Origin: Takakia lepidozioides
Taxonomy: Eukaryota > Plantae > Bryophyta
NCBI GenBank assembly: GCA_030704615.1
Contig: CM060733.1
Coordinates: 1,054,001-1,118,000 of the forward strand
Length of the DNA stretch: 64,000 nucleotides
Direction: 5' to 3'
In this document: positions 57,101 through 64,000 of the stretch, one piece after another
Numbering within the stretch: the stretch's first letter is position 1
How the letters are laid out: each line of letters opens with the position of its first letter
The notes under the pieces: generated by a model
The model's database searches: none
What the model saw: only the letters and a program-made list of their open reading frames with translations
Told to the model about the DNA's origin: nothing
Position numbers and translations under genes: made by a program

Positions 57101-60100
57101 TCAGTCATTTAGACCACAGAGCATGGCAACACCACGCCTGGTCCAGTGCCCAGGTGGGTGTTTGGAAGGCATGCGAATACTCATCAGGAAATTTGTTGAG
57201 TGGCCAGTGGTAGCCAACACACCCCTGCGCTCGGCCGTGCGGTAGACAGGGCAGGTGTAGCAGTGTGAGGCCTTGATATCCGAGAGCAGGGCCGGTTTCA
57301 ACCAAATCATTGGTGCAGCCACATGTAGAATCTTGGGCTTGGACTCGCATAGCACCTTGTTGACTGGATCCCAGGCACAGCCCTCAACAAAAAGGCCTTT
57401 GATGTAGACGCCTTCAGCTGGCACCGTTAGTGGTTCGGAGTCCAGCATGTGGAACTCGAAGCCGATGCCATCAATGGCGAGTTTGCGGCGTCGTGCATAG
57501 TTCTGGAGCGCAGCTGTCATGAATGATTGTGCGAAGAAGAAGCCACTGATCCAATTCACTGCCGGCCGTCCTTCCCTGTACCACTTTGCCAGCACCTGTA
57601 TGCCCCCTCATATATTCTCTAGTCTGATGGCTTGATCCAAGAGGGCAATAAATGTGTGAGCTTCACAAAAGGTATCTTTTGCAGCTTCATGGGCTCCTAA
57701 AGTCATTGAATGTGATTTTACCCTCCGTCCTTAACCTTTGTAGGTGCTTTGTGGGTTTAGATTTGCTCTTCTGTGTGTCCCGTAGGATGTCAGTTTGACT
57801 CTACTGGTATATCTTTTCACCAGTTTTAGAGCATCTTTATGGGCAACCTTCATTGTGTGACATGCAGCCAAGGTACAGATCCCTCATGTCTAAGCTGCAT
57901 TGTGGCATGGCATTACCTTGCAACTTTGACAACACTGTCTCTAGCCATACTGTTAGAGGTCATTTTTCAGCACCTACCTTGAAGTAGGAGCGCACATTTC
58001 AAGGAAGCATACTGAATTGTGCAGAATTTGGCCAGAGACCATTCTTGTCCTGATTAGTACACAAACTTTTCTTTGAACATTGTTTGCAGACATCAAAACC
58101 TGAGTTCAAATCTTTAACTGTAACAAATAAATTCGTACATAACGTCATGCACTCATACCTCAATGCGCTCTAGGAGATCCTTGACGTATGATGCCAAGGG
58201 CTTTAATGATGGATACGACACTTTTGCCCACATCGCCGGTATCTAACCATGACAACAACTGATCATTAGCCTTGGCTAGTTTTCACCCTGGTAGTATATT
58301 AAAGTTGAAATTTGTCAATATACGAACTTGATGTCAACAATTGCACATGCAAGACCTGGTTGATAGTAATGCTGCGGAAGGCTGTCTCGAGCGCTGCAGA
58401 CATGAGCACGAGACCTGCAATGGCTTTCTCAATGGTCAAGAGTGAGCTCCGTATCCTGCACCAACTCCATGGACAAACATGTACAATATGAGAAAACAAG
58501 ATAAATTTTAGGGGTTCCACATGGACATGGTCCCTTTCCCTGATGAAAATCTTGAAATATAGCATCTTCAACTGGCAGGTATTGCCATGGACTAATATTG
58601 ATGTTCGTTAATAAAATGTGTCAAGAGAAAGAAAAGAAGAAAGTAAATTGTTCCAAGTAAGACACTAAACCCTAAACTAAAGCAGTATTGAAAATACTGA
58701 CTACCAAGGGAGCAGTCAGATTCAAGACTGACATATTGATGAGCTTGTTGAAACGTGTCATCTCTTGGCTCAGCACAGTATTCATGCTCTCCTCATATAA
58801 CACTGGGTACTTCAGCTCACATGCCTCTATATCAAAATGGGGTGGCAAAATCCGCAACATTTCCTTCACAACTGCCCCCACCCCTTCGCCGCCACCTCCA
58901 CCCCCACTAGCTCCCCCACCTCCCGCACCTGTCAAGACAAGGCCAGATTTCAGTGTCTGAATATGTTTATACTGTTCGTGCCCTACAATTCACATACCCT
59001 CGCTGGTTGGCTCATTTCTAGGACTGAATTATCTTTCCCAGCCCCTGTTGTGTGGCATCTATCATATTTACGACCCAAATCAGATTAAAAAATGTCATTC
59101 ATCACTGGTAACAACATCTAATACTCTTCTCAGCTGTTCTTTCATTTCAAACCCTTTTAGGTGTTTAGTTCTGGTACACAGTGATGTGTGTGCCCCTATG
59201 AAGCCCAATTTCATGCGGATGAAACCATGCTTATTCTTCCAGAAATGCCCCAAGGTGCCATGCCCATAGCTGCCATGTGCACTATGAAGATTCTTCTTTG
59301 CTGTAATGATAGGGAGACTGCCACATATATGCCCCTAAAGAGCAATTTAGAAAGAATTTCTGACCATGGGGGCCCAGATGGCCCATCACACCAAAAGAAA
59401 GAAAGGACAGCAAAGGAACTTATAGCATCCATAGGAATCTCAAAGAGCTCATGGGACAAAGGAAAGCAGGATAGAAGAGAGAAGTGGGGCCCTCAACAAG
59501 CAGCCCAAGAAAGAAAGAAAACTAACTACACCCACTGTAGGAAAGAAAACTTTGTAACATCCACAGAGGGCCCCGAGGGCTCATGCAACTCACCTATTGC
59601 ATCTGCAGATGCAAGCAGCAACGAATTCAAAATTAGGGTTGTGCCATTCATGTCCTTTGTGATATCTGCATTAGAATGCAGACCAAAAGCCTCAGGCGCA
59701 GGAATGACTGGAAATGTGTCCACATACTGCATGTAGGATGCTAAGTCTCCTGCTGGGGGAGTACGGTAGATGCCAGATTCTGACAGCTTGTAGCCCTCCA
59801 CTGTCATCTCCATGCAATACACCGTTCGTAGTATTGTGGTCAATAGCAATCGGTCCTTGTCATCTGCAAATTATGAAGGTCAGTGTAACAGCAACTGCTG
59901 GACAGGAGGATAGATATGGTCCACTTCTGCCTAAACATGGATCAATCCTTGTTTTGAGAGAGTAACTGTCAAAATTTTGGGATTGCAGTTGAAACCCCTA
60001 AGTAAGCGGTGGATTTGCATGCAGGACGGTGGCAGGTGGGGGGTTTATTGGCTCCCATCAGTGTCAAAAATCCTAAGCCCCTGCTGTGCCTTCCCCAGGT

Positions 60101-60545
60101 GTCACCTCATCTCCTTTGCTGAAAACTACTTCCTGTGCCTCCAGGTAGCACCTCCCTCAGGTAACATCTCTCTTATTGAACAATTTATGAAGAATAATTT
60201 GATGATTTTCTCAAGTTTATTATGGATGAAAGTAGATTATACTATTCACAAAGAGGAGCCATACGTGACTAGCCACTTGTTCAATGCTAGTGCAAGTCAA
60301 ATTTTTTGCTACCTTCTCTAGTTGCACACATCACTTCATGGAGATATAGTTATTATTGTTAGGGCATCTACAACTCCCCAAAAATAGAGAAGATGTATAA
60401 TGCATAAAAAAAGAGTGCAAAATATGAGCATACCTGTGACTCGGCCACCGTAGTTGCACTCCCCTGTCACGTAGTTTAATGCTTCAAGAGGCATGGCTTG
60501 GCCCTCTGCAGTGTCATTGATGAACATATGCAGCTGTCGCACACT
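57101..60545 (-). CDS. Axonemal (inner-arm type) dynein heavy chain, last six exons: ~60545-60434, 59863-59594, 58928-58733, 58455-58356, 58242-58159, 57595-57101
   Basis: [89 protein letters not shown]; exons join in frame at GT-AG sites; upstream exons not in the window. Confidence 0.92.
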
Positions 60546-60689
60546 TTCATCCCCAAACCAAGGAACCCATTAGTTATACAATTACATACCATAGCTGTGC
60601 TATTGGAAGTCATCACATAAAGTGTCCTGCTCTCCCTCACAACGATCTGCATGTTTTAAAGTAGAGGCAAGAACAAGGTGTTAACATTT

Positions 60690-61378
60690 GTATGTCTCTC
60701 TGTGTCCTCGTCATTATTTGGTGGCTTGATGAGAAACCTTTCTTTCTTTCTCTCTCTCTTACCAAGGAATCCAGAAGGGGTGGACATCACATCCAGACAC
60801 GAACGCAATAGACTCATTAGGAGAGAGCTTATGGAATTACATGTCAAGAGAACCTGGAAGCTACCCAATCTCACGACAAAGCTCCACTTCTATCGAGAGA
60901 CATTCTTGGTGCTCCGAGATGATAGAATCTTGAGGCCAAATCACCTTTCAGCATCTCTATCTCCTTCCCTCCTGAGGGCCTTGGGACGGTTCAGAGTAGG
61001 TTCCCACAACTTACAGATAGAGACTGGCAGATGGGAAAACCTGCAACGGGAGGACCGCCTATGTCCAGTTTGCATAGGGCGCAGCCGAGAAATTGAAACT
61101 GAAGAACACTTCTTCTATTGCCCTCTATACTACGAGATCCGTGGGAGATTCCACTGTTTATTCCGTGGAACCCAATCTCTCACTGAAGTCTTCCTATATG
61201 AGGATCAGAAATGCTTGGCAGCATTCCTGCACGAGGCCTTCACCCTTAGACAATCACTCGAACAATAGTTCTTATTCTTGGCGGTTTTGTTTCCTCTCTC
61301 ATGTTTTCTTCCATTTTGTCCCATAAGCTCTATGAGCTTTCCGCGGACGTTATAAAGCACCATTTCATTTCATTTCTC
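60690..61378 (+). mobile_element. LINE 3' end (C-terminal Zn region plus (CATTT)n tail)
   Basis: RFRVGSHNLQIETGRW...RLCPVC...ETEEHFFYCPLY; tail aaagcaccatttcatttcatttc. Confidence 0.8.
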
Positions 61379-61394
61379 TTCTCTCTCTCTCTTT

Positions 61395-64000
61395 TCACAC
61401 TGTGCGCGCCAGCGCCGCCTCCACTACACCATGTCCTCGTCCAAACGTCATAGGACCTTTCGACGAAGATGGAGACTCGCCTACACCCTCGGCCCATCCA
61501 GAGCACCACCTATCACACTCCTCTCCTCTGCTTCTCCTTCCTATCCCAGCCTCTCCTGTCAACATGCTTCTCCCCTGTGCCAGTACTCCACGAGGAGTGC
61601 TGACATCCAACATCTTCGAGATCAATTTGCTCTCCTGCAAGCACGCTTCATCTCCGAGGAGACACTACAGTAGTTGCTTGCAGCCCGGGACAAGGACTTG
61701 GAGAATCTACGAGCTGAGGTCACCAACTTGTAGGCTTCTCTTCTGGAGAGCAACAACAAAATGGATGGTTTGTTGAAACAACTCATTATAAAGCCTACCG
61801 ACACTCGCATATCTAAGCTTGAGGGTGAAGTGAGGTCCCTCACAGAGAGGGACCTCTCAGGTCGCTTGGCCAAAGTGGAGAAGGACCTAGGCGCACTGAA
61901 AATCGACTTCGAAAAGACTCTCAAGGACAAACTCGGTCCTATAGAGCAAATGGTGCACAGTCGTGCTTTGGAGATGCCCCTCATGGCGAGTATTCATCAG
62001 CAAGTGCTAACCCTCAGTAAGGATTTGGAGACCCACAAGGCAGCTACGTATACAATGGCTCCGGAGCTCGAGGACCATAAGGCAGAGGCTTCCTCTTTTT
62101 TTTGCTAACATCGTCAAGGCCAGCACAGCACCAGCCGAGAAGAGTTCCCATACCTTGGAGGAAACAGTTTCAGCCACCTTGCTTGAGGAGCAGCAACAGG
62201 CTTTCAAAGCCCTGAACATTCGGGTCACTGGTCACCTAGGTACCCTTGCAGAGGGATACCCTCATGACGTGGCCACCACCCTCATTCACCAAAACCCTGC
62301 TCTACCATGGGGAGCCAGTGGCATTGAATGGGCTTGGCGTGCAGTAACTTCGGAGCACAAAATCCTGTTCATAAGATTCAAAGATAAAGGTGCCCGGGAT
62401 AGGGTTCTTAGACAGAGGCCTCAATTGAGAGGACATGGTACAGGGGCAATATGCTGTTTATAGAGATGGGAGGGTCATCATTCGACAGCAAGAACGTCGC
62501 CCCTCTAACACTAAATGGGGGTTGGGCCCCATGAGACCAACGCACGCTCACATCTGAACATCGGCTCGTGGAACTGCAATGGCTCATTGTGGAGCCATCC
62601 GCAAGGGCTTCTTGATATCCTCTCAAAGCGTGATAGTCTTTTTCTCTTGGAAACACATGCGTATGAAGGAATTGACCCTCCTTCTATTCTCGGATATAGC
62701 TTTCAGTCAGTGACTTGCCCACGTACAAGTCTCAAAGGCTCTGGTGGAGTGGCTTGTTACTTTGTTACTTTTCTGACTGGCTTCTACCATACATTTCCTT
62801 CCCATACGAAGACCCACTAGCAAGGTACATTTGGTGTCACATCAAGCGCGACAACCCTCAACCAAACATTTTATTGGCGGGATGTTATTTTGCCCCGGTT
62901 GCATCTACACACAATGGCCTTCACATGCGAATAGATTCGCTGTATGTTCCATTGGAAGAGGATATGTCCCGTCTTTGTACCCCACACAGAGACATATGGT
63001 TGGAGATTTCAACGCTCGTACAGGATCACTACAGGCCCCAACCTTCGACCCCACGGACCCTCTACACATCCAACTTTCACTTATGGCCTTGGAGAGGCAA
63101 AGTGCGGATGTCTCTAGTGAAATCACAAGTTATGATCACCATCTACTCAAATTTTGTGAGGTTCAAGGGCTTGTCATCTACAATGGCACTACCAACTACA
63201 AATCCTCCAGTCAGTTCACCTGCCACATGTACAAGGGACAGAGCGTGGTCAACTCTCTCTTGGGGAGCCCCAACACAACTGATACTGTTAGCTCTTTTTA
63301 CATTACAAGGTAATCACTCTTTCCTTTCCTTTGCATTTCCTTCGATCTCTTACCTCGTGAGGGACTCCTCCGCTTCTCTCCTTTCACAACCACGTATTCA
63401 CTTTAATACTCCCTTCAATCACTTACATGACGCCCAATATGAAACATGCTTAGCGTCAATCCTCCCCTCCATCATGAATCTACCATCTACTAAGGACAAG
63501 GCTTCCTATCTTACTCACGCTCTTTGGGACTCAGCCCTGCGATCCTTCTCATTTCTCCATATCTCTCCACTCATAGATATGCACCATTCTATGGTGAAGA
63601 ATGCAAAGTTGCTAGATGTCACATCAAATCTCTGCTCCTTGATATCCATTCTTCTCCAGATTCCAAAAACCTAGCTCTCAAGCACTATAAGTCCCTCATT
63701 AGATCCAAAAGAGAGCCTACACTCTCAAGCTACAATCTACTTTCCTTGCAAAAGTTAGGCTTTCTCCTCGTTCCTTTTGGTCCCTCTTTAAACCTCACAG
63801 AGACCCACCCCCAATCACTGACATCCACGTCTGGCATGGGGGGATGTAGGGTGGTGGCATGCCCGTCTGCCGGTTGTGAGAAGTGCCTCCCATGTTGATG
63901 ACGGCCTTGGTGGAGCCAATGTCAGCAAGGCTGTCAAGAAGTTACAAAATGGCAGGGCATTGGATATGTCGCTACAAAGTGAATTCATCAAGCACGCGGC
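61395..64000 (+). mobile_element. 5' part of a decayed LINE: coiled-coil ORF1 and APE-endonuclease ORF2
   Basis: LNIGSWNCNG, LLETH, GSGGVACY, CYFAP, VGDFNARTG; frameshifted; runs off the window end. Confidence 0.85.

Overview
Eukaryotic nuclear DNA, most likely from a plant with flagellated sperm (bryophyte, lycophyte or fern; inferred from an axonemal dynein heavy chain, a plant carboxylesterase, CACTA elements and tRNA-iMet-primed LTR elements). It is mostly nested, decayed transposons. 1-27 kb holds CACTA/En-Spm elements carrying RING and SET cargo, copia and gypsy remnants, LINE fragments and a foldback element. About 27.3-40.1 kb is a large, decayed, multi-gene DNA-transposon-like region. 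It carries a truncated Sola/DUF7869-like transposase, a spliced ParB-N-like plus degenerate beta-class MTase-fold protein, three FCP1/NIF-type phosphatase-like domains and an ORF with Pol II CTD-like YSPxSP repeats, and it contains ten dispersed copies of the 24-bp palindrome AACCTCCACTG-NN-CAGTGGAGGTT. 44963-56332 is a young, nearly intact Ty3/gypsy element whose ends look circularly permuted, as if it integrated by opening a 2-LTR circle at an internal palindromic att site. 57.1-60.5 kb holds the last six exons of a dynein heavy chain, followed by LINEs. The two best candidates for new biology are the ParB-like protein with its dispersed palindromes and the permuted LTR ends. All domain calls are by-eye motif recognition; no searches were run.
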